Positions 51,494 through 61,945 of a DNA stretch of 64,000 bases are shown here, one piece after another; position 1 is the stretch's first letter, and every line of letters begins with the position of its first letter. The stretch covers positions 12,256-76,255 of the forward strand of contig CALSUC010000002.1 of the NCBI GenBank assembly GCA_943789445.1. Direction: 5' to 3'. The stretch comes from an uncultured Gammaproteobacteria bacterium. Lineage in GTDB: Bacteria; Pseudomonadota; Gammaproteobacteria; UBA4575. The translations under genes and the position numbers were made by a program. Below the pieces are notes generated by a model. That model was not told the DNA's origin. It made no database searches and saw only the letters and a program-made list of their open reading frames with translations.

Positions 51494-52027
51494 ATGGCTT
51501 ACCCCAACGATTTTGCTACCCGCGTAGGGCGCTGGATGATCTCACTGGCTTGGATTGGCATTCTGCTGCTGCTCACTATGCTGTTCTCAAAATTTCTAGA
51601 GAATAAGCGTGAGGCGCAGGAACAGGTTGTTAGCCAAGTATCAGCCGTCGGTGATCGCCAAGTGGTTTTACGTGGCGGTGCATCGGGGCACTATATTGCG
51701 AAGGGTAAGATTAATCGCCAGACGGTTCGCTTCTTAGTCGATACAGGGGCTAGTTATGTGACCGTGCCAGCGACGGTTGCTGCTCGACTAGGTTTGCAAA
51801 AAGGCATGGAGATGCAGGCAAATACTGCGAATGGCATGATTACAGTCTATGCCACGCGGTTGAACTCAATTAGTCTCGGTGAGATCACGTTGCGTAATGT
51901 GCGCGCCAGTATTAATCCCTATATGCAGGGTGAGGAAATACTACTGGGGATGTCATTTTTAGGTCAGCTTTCGGTTAATCACGAGCGTGGGCGCATGACG
52001 ATCACCCAACGCTCATCTGATTTTTAA
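51494..52027 (+). CDS. Membrane-anchored retropepsin-like (clan AA, TIGR02281-type) aspartic protease.
   Basis: N-terminal TM helix. Catalytic FLVDTGASYVTVP. Confidence 0.75.
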   Translation: MAYPNDFATRVGRWMISLAWIGILLLLTMLFSKFLENKREAQEQVVSQVSAVGDRQVVLRGGASGHYIAKGKINRQTVRFLVDTGASYVTVPATVAARLGLQKGMEMQANTANGMITVYATRLNSISLGEITLRNVRASINPYMQGEEILLGMSFLGQLSVNHERGRMTITQRSSDF

Positions 52028-52031
52028 GGCC

Positions 52032-53294
52032 TTATGGCGTGAACTCGTCAGCCAGTTTTTTTGTAACGGCTACATTTTTTAGAGTGACATATTGCGGTAG
52101 GCCATCTTTGTAAGGTGGGTAGTCTTCACCCTTGATCAATGGGGCTAGATAGTCACGACACTTCTGAGTAATGCTAAAGCCATCTTTACTGATAAAGCTC
52201 TTAGGCATCATTTTTTCGACATTGGCGACGCGTGAAAGCTTTGCGCTACCGATCTTCCAACGATATGGCTTATTTGAGCTGCGAATAATGGTTGGCATGA
52301 CTGCAGTTTCACCAGCAAGGGCCAGTTCTACCGCTGCCTTACCCATGGCATAAGCCTGCTCTACATCTGTCTTAGAGGCGATATGGCGCGCTGAGCGTTG
52401 TAAATAATCGGCTACTGCCCAATGGTATTTAAACCCAGTCTCGTCTTTGATCATCTGTGCCAGTACCGGGGCAACACCGCCTAGCTGTTTATGTCCAAAG
52501 GCATCGGTATTGCCAGCGTCGGCGAGGAACGTACCATCGGCATAATGTGCGCCTTCAGAAACAACAATGGCACAATAGCCATAATCGGCGACGGATTTTT
52601 TTACCTTGGCCATAAAGGCTTTACGCTCAAAGGCGACCTCTGGGAATATAATAATATGTGGGGCATCACCCTTATTTTCAGCGGCTAAACCACCTGCGGC
52701 GGCAATCCAGCCGGCATGGCGGCCCATCACTTCCATCACAAAGACCTTGGTTGAGGTTTTTGCCATCGAGGCGACATCAAAGCCTGCTTCACGGATAGAT
52801 ACGGCAACATACTTGGCTACTGAGCCGAAACCAGGGCAGTTATCGGTAACAGGTAAGTCGTTATCGACTGTTTTTGGGATACCAATGCATTGGATTGGAT
52901 AGCCCATTTTCTTGCTTAGCTGCGAGACTTTATTTGAAGTGTCTTGCGAGTCACCACCACCGTTATAGAAAAAGTAACCGATGTTATGGGCCTTAAAGAC
53001 TTCAATTAAGCGCTCGTATTGGGCGCGATCTTCTTCAATGCTTTTTAACTTATAACGACAGGAGCCAAATGCGCCGGAAGGTGTATGGCGTAAGGCGGCA
53101 ATCGCACGTGCCGATTCTTTCGAGGTATCGATTAGATCCTCGGTCAGTGCACCAATAATACCGTTACGACCGGCATATACTTTAGCGATCACATCTTTAT
53201 GTTTGCGGGCAGTTTCAATCAGGCCGCAGGCGCTGGCATTGATAACGGCAGTGACACCGCCGGACTGGGCATAGAAGGCGTTCTTTTTAGTCAT
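52032..53294 (-). CDS. pfp: Pyrophosphate-dependent 6-phosphofructokinase (PPi-PFK, ~420-aa type).
   Basis: PFK family motifs (GGDGS-like GGGDSQD, PKTVDNDL, MGR). At 420 aa it is longer than ATP-PFK (320 aa). Confidence 0.65.
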   Translation of the reverse strand: MTKKNAFYAQSGGVTAVINASACGLIETARKHKDVIAKVYAGRNGIIGALTEDLIDTSKESARAIAALRHTPSGAFGSCRYKLKSIEEDRAQYERLIEVFKAHNIGYFFYNGGGDSQDTSNKVSQLSKKMGYPIQCIGIPKTVDNDLPVTDNCPGFGSVAKYVAVSIREAGFDVASMAKTSTKVFVMEVMGRHAGWIAAAGGLAAENKGDAPHIIIFPEVAFERKAFMAKVKKSVADYGYCAIVVSEGAHYADGTFLADAGNTDAFGHKQLGGVAPVLAQMIKDETGFKYHWAVADYLQRSARHIASKTDVEQAYAMGKAAVELALAGETAVMPTIIRSSNKPYRWKIGSAKLSRVANVEKMMPKSFISKDGFSITQKCRDYLAPLIKGEDYPPYKDGLPQYVTLKNVAVTKKLADEFTP

Positions 53295-53343
53295 AGTGTG
53301 TTGCTTCCGTACTTAATAAAATGGGGGCAGTGTTATAGATTAA

Positions 53344-53724
53344 TTAGGCTGTCGCATTATCTGCAAACTCGGCTTGAGTCTGCAGTAGGGTGATCACGCA
53401 ATGGTTAATTTCGGTGAAATAATCTTGATCTGTCGCAAAATGCTCGCTATCTTCGTAAAAAAACAGTCCGCGGAATTCTTTTTTACCCGCTTTGACGATC
53501 AGAAAGGTGCAATCTTCAGCTTGCCATACCACGGTTGGGTAGGATGCACTTTCGGTGCTAATCTCGTTTAATTCTAGCTCGACATCTGCAATTTCTATAG
53601 CGATGACCTCGTCTGGCCAGCGTTGATCGATATGGCTCTGCACTTGCTGCGTTTCGATCGCGTCAAAGTCAGTGATTTTGGTCATAATTAATGAGTTGCG
53701 TTTAATACCGGCATGGGCAGCCAT
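53344..53724 (-). CDS. Hypothetical protein. The likely start is the Met at 53685.
   Basis: ORF only. Confidence 0.4.
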   Translation of the reverse strand: MAAHAGIKRNSLIMTKITDFDAIETQQVQSHIDQRWPDEVIAIEIADVELELNEISTESASYPTVVWQAEDCTFLIVKAGKKEFRGLFFYEDSEHFATDQDYFTEINHCVITLLQTQAEFADNATA

Positions 53725-53772
53725 GTAGGTATATGTAAAATATTGGGCTACTGATTTAAATTAATCCGCTAA

Positions 53773-54444
<672 letters not shown>

Positions 54445-54466
54445 GGCCTAGGACAAAAGCTTAGGC

Positions 54467-54817
54467 ATGGACGTACTACTTACTTTAGCGATAGTCGTTG
54501 TATTGGTATGGCTGTGGCTAGATGGCACTCGTTCACGTGAGTTTGCAATACGGCATTGTCGTGAATTTAGTGAAGGCAATCGTGTGCAGTTCTTGGATCA
54601 GTCGATTCATCAGAGCAAAATGCGATTTGCCCGCGGACGTTCCGGCAGGATAGGGCTGAGACGCTTTTATGTGTTTGAGTTTAGTATCAACGGAGCCGAT
54701 CGTTATAGCGGTGTCGCAGTGGAGTTTGGTAACCGCATTGAATATCTCTCACTGTTACATCCACAGGGTGAGATTATCCAAGGTGATCGACGTTTAGCTG
54801 GACTACCGAGAGACTAA
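54467..54817 (+). CDS. DUF3301 family protein.
   Basis: N-terminal TM helix plus a basic core. Recalled DUF3301 pattern. Confidence 0.5.
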   Translation: MDVLLTLAIVVVLVWLWLDGTRSREFAIRHCREFSEGNRVQFLDQSIHQSKMRFARGRSGRIGLRRFYVFEFSINGADRYSGVAVEFGNRIEYLSLLHPQGEIIQGDRRLAGLPRD

Positions 54818-55011
54818 ATGTTTCTAGTACAGGCTTACTTTGAGAGCCGTTTTATTGTGTTAAGGTTATTTTATTCATGACCTAGGCTTGATCGCACTGC
54901 GATTAGCCGCAAGAGCATGTGTAATTAGTGACTAAACAGTATTAGTCACATCAAATTTAAGATTGGCTTAGACATCGCTCTAAGTCAGCGCATTAAAAGT
55001 AGAGGATAAGC

Positions 55012-55860
55012 ATGGCGTTTAATACGATTATTTCAGCACAAGAGCTGGCAAAGATTGTGGGCAATGAAGATGTACGTGTATTCGATTGTCGCTTTAGTTT
55101 GAAAGACCCTGAGGGTGGTTTAAAGGCCTACCAATCTGGGCATATCGCAGGCGCACAACGTGCTGATATGGATACTCAATTATCTTCAGCGATGACCGAG
55201 ACCTCAGGGCGTCACCCGATTCCACAGGCTGAGGTGTTGGCCGAGCAGTTACGTGCTTGGGGCATCAGTAAAGATACCCAAGTGATTGCCTATGACGATA
55301 TGTTTGGTGCCTTTGGTTCACGTCTATGGTGGCTTCTACGTTGGTTAGGCCACGAGAATGTTGCCGTATTAGATGGTGGTTTGAAGACTTGGCAGGAAGC
55401 TGGCATGGACTTGGTTACTGATGAAGCAAGCTATGCCGCTGGTGATTTTCAGGCAGCAGTCAATGACGCTTGGGTGATGGATGTTGATAGCGTCGAAGCC
55501 CAGCTAGCAGCAGGTGAAATCACCTTGGTTGATGCAAGGCCAGCAGATCGCTTTACGGGTAAGGATCAGCAAACGGATCCAGTGCCAGGGCATGTGCCGG
55601 GCGCGCAGAGTCTACCGTTTGGTGGCAATCTCACCAGTGATGGAAAGTTTCAGTCAGCTGAAGCATTGAATCAGCGTTTTGCTGAAGTGATCCCACAGGG
55701 TGATGTGGCTCAATTAGTCAATATGTGTGGTTCAGGTGTGACTGCTTGTCATAATCTATTGGCGCAAAAGATTGCTGGCTACCAGCCTGCACGATTATTT
55801 ATTGGTTCTTGGAGCCAGTGGATTCGTGATCCAAAGCGTGCGGTTGTTACCGACGTTTAA
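55012..55860 (+). CDS. sseA: 3-mercaptopyruvate sulfurtransferase (tandem rhodanese).
   Basis: Two rhodanese domains. The active-site loop CGSGVTACH matches E. coli SseA. Confidence 0.85.
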   Translation: MAFNTIISAQELAKIVGNEDVRVFDCRFSLKDPEGGLKAYQSGHIAGAQRADMDTQLSSAMTETSGRHPIPQAEVLAEQLRAWGISKDTQVIAYDDMFGAFGSRLWWLLRWLGHENVAVLDGGLKTWQEAGMDLVTDEASYAAGDFQAAVNDAWVMDVDSVEAQLAAGEITLVDARPADRFTGKDQQTDPVPGHVPGAQSLPFGGNLTSDGKFQSAEALNQRFAEVIPQGDVAQLVNMCGSGVTACHNLLAQKIAGYQPARLFIGSWSQWIRDPKRAVVTDV

Positions 55861-55872
55861 TTACTGGCATCG

Positions 55873-56493
55873 GTGTGTGGCGTTCTCTGTCCCACACCAC
55901 TAGCCCATAGTTTCGAGGAAAGAGTTGTGAAATTCTGTAGTCGCTGTGGTTCTGCTGAGATTGAATCAAAGATTCCTGATGGTGATAATCGGGCACGCTT
56001 CTGTTGTCCGGATTGCGGCATAATCTTTTATGAAAACCCAAAGATTGTTACCGGTTGCGTGGTCACCCACGAAGATAAAGTTCTGCTGTGTAAGCGAGCG
56101 ATAGAACCGCGTTTAGGTAGCTGGACCTTGCCAGCAGGTTTCATGGAAAATAATGAAACCATACAACAAGGTGCTGCACGTGAAACCTATGAGGAAGCAA
56201 CTGCAACAGTCGCTGATCTATCTTTATTTGCGGTCTATAACCTGACGCATATTAGTCAGGTCTATATGATGTTCCGTGCTGAGTTAGATCGGCCGGAAGC
56301 AAGCCCAGGTGTCGAAAGTTTAGAGACCGAGTTTGTATTAGAGCAAGATATCCCGTGGGATGACCTTGCATTCCCTGTCATCGATGAGACCTTGAAGTTA
56401 TTTTTTGCGGATCGAAAGGCGGGTGAGTACAACGTTCATCATGGTGAAATTACACGCTTAGCTGATCGTACGTTACGCACGACTCGATTCTAA
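55873..56493 (+). CDS. NUDIX hydrolase with an N-terminal zinc ribbon.
   Basis: CxxC...CxxC followed by the Nudix box GFMENNETIQQGAARETYEEA. Confidence 0.75.
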   Translation: MCGVLCPTPLAHSFEERVVKFCSRCGSAEIESKIPDGDNRARFCCPDCGIIFYENPKIVTGCVVTHEDKVLLCKRAIEPRLGSWTLPAGFMENNETIQQGAARETYEEATATVADLSLFAVYNLTHISQVYMMFRAELDRPEASPGVESLETEFVLEQDIPWDDLAFPVIDETLKLFFADRKAGEYNVHHGEITRLADRTLRTTRF

Positions 56494-56504
56494 TAGGCGC
56501 GGCG

Positions 56505-56897
56505 TTGAAGAAATTACTCTCAGTGATTGAGCTTGGTGGTTATGAGGACTTTTCTAGTCTTTATCAGGAGCTAGGCTATGAAGTCACGCAAGAGATTACG
56601 ACACGTAAAGCCATTTCACGGCTCAAACGTACCAGCTATGATGTTGTGGTCGCCGAGTTTAATTATCAACATACCTTTCGCGATCGTCTTAGTAATTTAG
56701 AATCAATTATTGCTGGCATTCAAAAGCAGAATGCAAAATGCATCGTGATTTACGAAAAAGAGTTTGAAAATCATTTAGCGACTTTACGACAGCAATTTGA
56801 TTTTAATGCCGAGCTCAGTCTGCCGATTGCCCGTGAGGATATGCGGCTGGCGTTGCAAGGTTTAGAAGGACGTGAGGCGAGTGCCGCAGTTGAGTAG
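56505..56897 (+). CDS. Hypothetical protein (130 aa), possibly a degenerate receiver-like fold.
   Basis: ORF only. Confidence 0.4.
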   Translation: MKKLLSVIELGGYEDFSSLYQELGYEVTQEITTRKAISRLKRTSYDVVVAEFNYQHTFRDRLSNLESIIAGIQKQNAKCIVIYEKEFENHLATLRQQFDFNAELSLPIAREDMRLALQGLEGREASAAVE

Positions 56898-56940
56898 GGT
56901 GTCGAACCAAACTTAATGGTTAGTGGCTTGAGTAGTGGTT

Positions 56941-57135
56941 TTAGGCATCGATATCTGGAATCATCTTAGATTCCATTCTTGTGATCAGGTCTTTAATAGC
57001 AAGCTTGCGTTTTTTTAGGCGTTTAATCTGGAGCTGATCAATATGATCATTGCTTGATAAGGCAATGATGGCGGCGTCTAGATCAGCATGCTCAATCTTT
57101 AATGCCATGATCTTCGTTACGAATTCATTCCCCAT
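56941..57135 (-). CDS. DUF465 (YdcH-like) small protein.
   Basis: 64 aa with the characteristic LK.EH.DLD..I motif. Confidence 0.6.
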   Translation of the reverse strand: MGNEFVTKIMALKIEHADLDAAIIALSSNDHIDQLQIKRLKKRKLAIKDLITRMESKMIPDIDA

Positions 57136-57161
57136 TTTTTGCTAGAGCATCCATTAGCTAT

Positions 57162-57473
57162 TTATTTCCCACCACCAAGGCAGGGTGGTGAATTTGGACT
57201 CAGGCCATTTTTCTCAGCCCATTCTGTAGGTGTATAGGTATGCATGGATAATGCATGCACTCCGGTGGCTAACTCGTCGGCTAACAATTGGTTGATTTTA
57301 CGCTGACGTTTAATCAGCATTTCACCTTCAAACGCTTCACAGACAACAATTAATTTAAAATGTGATTCTGATCCAGGTGGTACATTGTGCCTACTGCTTT
57401 CGTTATGCACCTCTAAGTGCTGAGGTGAGAATGCTTCCTGTAATTTACTGGTGATACTGTTTTGTACTTGCAT
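57162..57473 (-). CDS. bolA: BolA family transcriptional regulator.
   Basis: LEV.NES..H.....G.E.HF.L.VVS..F.G and the overall 103-aa BolA fold pattern. Confidence 0.8.
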   Translation of the reverse strand: MQVQNSITSKLQEAFSPQHLEVHNESSRHNVPPGSESHFKLIVVCEAFEGEMLIKRQRKINQLLADELATGVHALSMHTYTPTEWAEKNGLSPNSPPCLGGGK

Positions 57474-57499
57474 TGATTTCTACTCGGGTGGTTATCTTC

Positions 57500-58321
57500 T
57501 TATGACTCTTCTGGTACAGCGACCTGCTCTGTTTGTGTGAGTCCAAGAAAACGTAGTGCGTTGTCCATACTGTAACGGCAAAGTTCAAGCCTGTCATCGC
57601 CTCGATGGCGAGCGATATGTTCTGAGATATGCGGTAGATGGCAGGGCTCATTACGTGGATTTTTCGGTTTTGGCCGTAGGCTGCGTGGCAATAGATACGG
57701 TGCATCAGTCTCTATTAATAGCTTGTCTTGTGGGATCAAAGGCACTAATTCATGCAGGTGTTTTCCACGCCTTTCATCGCAGATCCAACCAGTGATGCCG
57801 ATATAAAAGCCCATCTCGATGTAGCATTCTAATGCGATGCGGTCACCGGTGAAGCAGTGCACAACGGTTGCTTGTAGCGCGCTATGGTATTCACTAATGA
57901 TTTCACGAAAGCGATCATGTGCATCACGTTCATGCAGGAATAGGGGCAGGCCTAACTCGATAGAGAGTTCGATCTGTTGTCTAAAGGCATGCTCTTGTTG
58001 TTCTTGTGTTGAGAGGTTGCGATGAAAGTCTAAGCCAGCTTCACCAATAGCCAATACTTCACTGCGCTGTGCTAATGCCTGTAAATTCGCTCGGGTATTA
58101 TCTTGCCAGCCCTTGGCATTGTGTGGGTGTACACCGACAGTCGCGTATAAGTTATGGCTATGTTGGCTACACAATTCAACGGCATGCTGGCTATCTGCAA
58201 GATCTGATCCAGCGATTAAGCAATGACTGACACCAGCATGTTTAGCTCGTTCAAGGATTAGCTCTTGGTCATCCTTGAACTGGCTGCTGGTGAGATTTAG
58301 ACAGAAATCAAATAGCGCCAT
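57500..58321 (-). CDS. tatD: TatD family metal-dependent hydrolase. The start is set at MALFDF; the ORF track extends to 58405.
   Basis: HCH/H..D metal ligands. FDFC.NLTS..F at the N-terminus as in E. coli TatD. Confidence 0.75.
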   Translation of the reverse strand: MALFDFCLNLTSSQFKDDQELILERAKHAGVSHCLIAGSDLADSQHAVELCSQHSHNLYATVGVHPHNAKGWQDNTRANLQALAQRSEVLAIGEAGLDFHRNLSTQEQQEHAFRQQIELSIELGLPLFLHERDAHDRFREIISEYHSALQATVVHCFTGDRIALECYIEMGFYIGITGWICDERRGKHLHELVPLIPQDKLLIETDAPYLLPRSLRPKPKNPRNEPCHLPHISEHIARHRGDDRLELCRYSMDNALRFLGLTQTEQVAVPEES

Positions 58322-59186
58322 GGTCGACCTGTTTACGTTGCTGACAGGCGGGGCATAGCTCACCCTCTGGCTTGCCAGACTCTGTTTCATCGTTAGCACT
58401 AGCAAACATACTGTCTTGTCCTTCTAAAGATACTTGGCATTCGAGACAAAGTCGCATTGGCTGCGTGCGCAGTTGGCTATCTATAGTGATACGTTCGTCG
58501 AAAACAAAACAGTTGCCTTGCCAGTGACTGCCACCAGTTTGGCGTAAATATTCAATGATGCCACCGTCTAATTGGTAAACCTGTTTAAAGCCTTGGCTCT
58601 CCATATAAGGCCCTGCTTTTTCACAACGGATGCCGCCGGTACAGAAGGTCACCATCGGTTTGTCTTTATCCAGTTGTGACATCTCTGTTTGGCGTTGCTT
58701 TAAGGTCTTGAATTTTTTTAGATTCAAATGTTTGGCTGTGGCAAAGCTACCGATCTCATATTCAAAGGTATTACGCATATCGATCAGATTGAAATCGCGC
58801 CCTTCATCCAGCCATCGCTTTAGCTTGGCTGGGCTCAAGTATTGGTGTTCAGATTCTCCAGCATGTACGGTTTCTACGCCTAAGGGCACTAGCTCTTTTT
58901 TGGTCTTGAAGTTGAGCTTGCTGTAAGGGATCTTCTGACAATAGGTTTCATGAAACTTAATGCCGCAAAAACGCGAGTCTTGATCTAGCCTTTGGCGGAA
59001 GGTGAGTACCGCCAACAGATTGCCAGCGATGCTGATATTAATGCCTTCACTGGCTAAAAATACGGTGCCGAGGATCCCTAGGCCATGTGAAAAGCCCTCA
59101 ATCTCTAATAGAGTGGCTTGTGTGTCCTCTACGGGCACGAAACGATAACCTGCGATATGAGTGACTATGGGCGTTAATTGCAGCAT
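58308..59186 (-). CDS. trhO: Rhodanese-related sulfurtransferase TrhO/YceA (tRNA U34 hydroxylase) with a C-terminal Cys-rich tail.
   Basis: CTGGIRCEKA and NCFVFDERI are collinear with E. coli YceA. Confidence 0.8.
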   Translation of the reverse strand: MLQLTPIVTHIAGYRFVPVEDTQATLLEIEGFSHGLGILGTVFLASEGINISIAGNLLAVLTFRQRLDQDSRFCGIKFHETYCQKIPYSKLNFKTKKELVPLGVETVHAGESEHQYLSPAKLKRWLDEGRDFNLIDMRNTFEYEIGSFATAKHLNLKKFKTLKQRQTEMSQLDKDKPMVTFCTGGIRCEKAGPYMESQGFKQVYQLDGGIIEYLRQTGGSHWQGNCFVFDERITIDSQLRTQPMRLCLECQVSLEGQDSMFASANDETESGKPEGELCPACQQRKQVDHGAI

Positions 59187-59253
59187 AGTAAAAGGGTCTC
59201 CCGGTGAAGGCTGGGCATAGTAACGTATTCAATTTGTAAGAAAAATAAAATCA

Positions 59254-61917
59254 ATGATGAAAGATGGAAATCCAAAAGCAATATTACTGCAAGATTATCA
59301 CGCACCTGACTACCGTATAGAGCAAGTAGCACTGTGTTTCAAATTATACGCTGAAAAGACCGTTGTAGAGTCGAAAATTGACCTTATAGCGAGTGATTTA
59401 GAGGCCGCCACCAGATCTCCATTGGTTTTGCATGGTGAGCAGCTAAGTTTGCAGCAAGTCATGTTGGATGGTGTCAGCTTGACTAGCGAGGCCTATCAGC
59501 TAGCAGACGATCAATTACTGATTGAGCAGGTACCTGCTCAATTTACCTTAGAGACGGTGGTTGAAATAGACCCTGCGAGTAATACTGCCTTGGAAGGGCT
59601 TTACCTCTCATCCGGTAATTACTGCACGCAATGTGAGGCCGAAGGCTTCCGCAAGATCACTTACTACCTTGATCGTCCCGATGTGATGGCGGTGTTCTCG
59701 GTGCGTATCGAGGCCGATGCTAAGGCATTTCCAGTGCTGTTATCCAACGGTAATCGGATACAGCAGGGTGAGCTTGCCGATGGTCGTCATTTTGCTGAAT
59801 GGCACGACCCATTTCCAAAGCCTAGTTATCTATTTGCCCTAGTCGCTGGTGACCTAAGTTGTAATAGCGCTAGCTTTACCACCATGAGTGGTCGGCAGAT
59901 TGATTTAGAGGTGTATACCGAGGCGCATAATGCCGATAAATGTGAACATGCGTTGCTGTCTTTACAGAAGGCGATGGCCTGGGATGAACAGACCTATGGT
60001 CTGGAATACGATCTGGATACTTATATGATCGTGGCGGTGGACGATTTCAATATGGGCGCTATGGAGAACAAAGGCCTTAATGTCTTTAACTCTAAATGTG
60101 TCTTAGCTAGTCCAGATACGGCGACCGATGCTGACTATATGACGATTGAGGCAGTTATCGCGCATGAGTACTTCCATAACTGGACGGGTAATCGTGTTAC
60201 TTGTCGTGATTGGTTCCAGCTCAGTTTGAAGGAAGGCCTAACAGTTTTTCGTGATCAGGAATTTACTTCTGATATGACCTCGCGTGCGGTCAAGCGAATT
60301 CAAGATGTACGCTTTTTCCGTACCCATCAGTTTGCTGAAGATGCTGGCCCAATGGCGCACCCAATCCGCCCAGCCTCCTATGTAGAGATTAATAATTTCT
60401 ACACCTTAACGGTGTATGAAAAAGGTGCCGAAGTGGTGCGTATGTACCAGACCTTACTGGGTAAAGCTGGGTTCAAAAAGGGTTTGCAACGGTACTTTGA
60501 AAAACATGATGGCCAAGCAGTGACGACAGATGATTTTGCGCAATCCATGGCAGAAGCCAATGCGACTGATCTGAGTGATTTTATGCCTTGGTATAGTCAG
60601 TTCGGTACACCGAGTATAAAAGTAGAATCGACTTATGATGCGCAGGCAAAAAGTTACACCCTGCAGTTTGAACAACAACTGGTGAGTAATGCACAACAGC
60701 CACAACCGCAGGCGCAATTAACGCCGATTACTGTTGCCTTGCTAGATGCACAGGGCCATGCGATGCCGCTGCAGCTAGCCGGTGATGAGGTTGGTTCAGT
60801 GTCAGAAATGACATTGCATTTAAATCAAATCAAACAACAGTTTTGTTTCCAGCAGGTTACAGAGGAACCGATCCCTTCTCTGTTGCGGGGCTACTCGGCA
60901 CCGGTGAAGTTGGACTATAACTACAGCGATGCGGATTATGCTTTTTTGATGGCGAAGGATAATGATAGCTTCAATCGTTGGGAGGCCGGTCAGCAATATG
61001 CGGTGAGTTGTATCCTGTGTTCAATCAAAGCCATACAATCGAAACAAGCGTTGCCCGAGCATCAAGATTTTTGCCAGGCATTGGCAAGCTTCTTTGCAGA
61101 ACAAGCGCAAGCCGATCCTGCCTATGTTGCAGAGATGATGATTTTACCGCCAGAGACTTATCTTGCAGAACTGATGACACCGATCGATGTGGATGCGATC
61201 TACCGTGCACGTAAGTTATTACAAGTGGCGATAGCAGAAAAGCTAGAGGCTTCATTGTTATCTTGTGTGCAGCAGTATATGAAGGCCTCTACAGCTAAGG
61301 CCTATCAATATAATGCACAAGACATGGGGCAGCGGCGTTTGATTGCGGTCTGTCTAAGCTATCTCTGTGCCTTGGATAAAGTGCAATACCATGATTTGGC
61401 GGCCGATTATTTCTCGACAGCTAATAATATGACGGCGAGCATGTCGGCATTGGATGCCTTGAATGATGTGGACTGTGTGCAACGACAACAGGCCTTAGAT
61501 AGTTTTGCTCAACGTTGGCAAAGCGATACCTTGGTGATGGATAAATGGTTTGCATTGCAGGCACGCGCGCGCACTGAAGATGCGTTGCAGGTGGTTAAAG
61601 GTCTCATGCAACATGAGGCCTTTGCGATGACCAATCCAAATAAGGTGCGTGCATTAATTGGCAGCTTTAGTATGGCCAATCCAACCACCTACCACGCCAA
61701 AGATGGTTCTGGTTATCGCTTCCTTGCAGATCAAGTGATAGCGCTGAATGCGATTAATCCACAGGTTGCCGCACGTCTGATTAAGCCACTTATCTCTTGG
61801 CATAAATATGATGAGCAGCGGCAAGCATTAATGTGTGCCGAGTTGCGTCGTATCTTAGATACAGAAGGGCTCAGTAGTGATGTGTTTGAATTGGTCGATC
61901 GTGGTCTGGCGCAGTAA
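59254..61917 (+). CDS. pepN: Aminopeptidase N.
   Basis: GAMEN and HEYFHNWTGN...E zinc motifs. 887 aa. Confidence 0.95.
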   Translation: MMKDGNPKAILLQDYHAPDYRIEQVALCFKLYAEKTVVESKIDLIASDLEAATRSPLVLHGEQLSLQQVMLDGVSLTSEAYQLADDQLLIEQVPAQFTLETVVEIDPASNTALEGLYLSSGNYCTQCEAEGFRKITYYLDRPDVMAVFSVRIEADAKAFPVLLSNGNRIQQGELADGRHFAEWHDPFPKPSYLFALVAGDLSCNSASFTTMSGRQIDLEVYTEAHNADKCEHALLSLQKAMAWDEQTYGLEYDLDTYMIVAVDDFNMGAMENKGLNVFNSKCVLASPDTATDADYMTIEAVIAHEYFHNWTGNRVTCRDWFQLSLKEGLTVFRDQEFTSDMTSRAVKRIQDVRFFRTHQFAEDAGPMAHPIRPASYVEINNFYTLTVYEKGAEVVRMYQTLLGKAGFKKGLQRYFEKHDGQAVTTDDFAQSMAEANATDLSDFMPWYSQFGTPSIKVESTYDAQAKSYTLQFEQQLVSNAQQPQPQAQLTPITVALLDAQGHAMPLQLAGDEVGSVSEMTLHLNQIKQQFCFQQVTEEPIPSLLRGYSAPVKLDYNYSDADYAFLMAKDNDSFNRWEAGQQYAVSCILCSIKAIQSKQALPEHQDFCQALASFFAEQAQADPAYVAEMMILPPETYLAELMTPIDVDAIYRARKLLQVAIAEKLEASLLSCVQQYMKASTAKAYQYNAQDMGQRRLIAVCLSYLCALDKVQYHDLAADYFSTANNMTASMSALDALNDVDCVQRQQALDSFAQRWQSDTLVMDKWFALQARARTEDALQVVKGLMQHEAFAMTNPNKVRALIGSFSMANPTTYHAKDGSGYRFLADQVIALNAINPQVAARLIKPLISWHKYDEQRQALMCAELRRILDTEGLSSDVFELVDRGLAQ

Positions 61918-61945
61918 GACATGACAGACACAAGGGGCTGACGAG

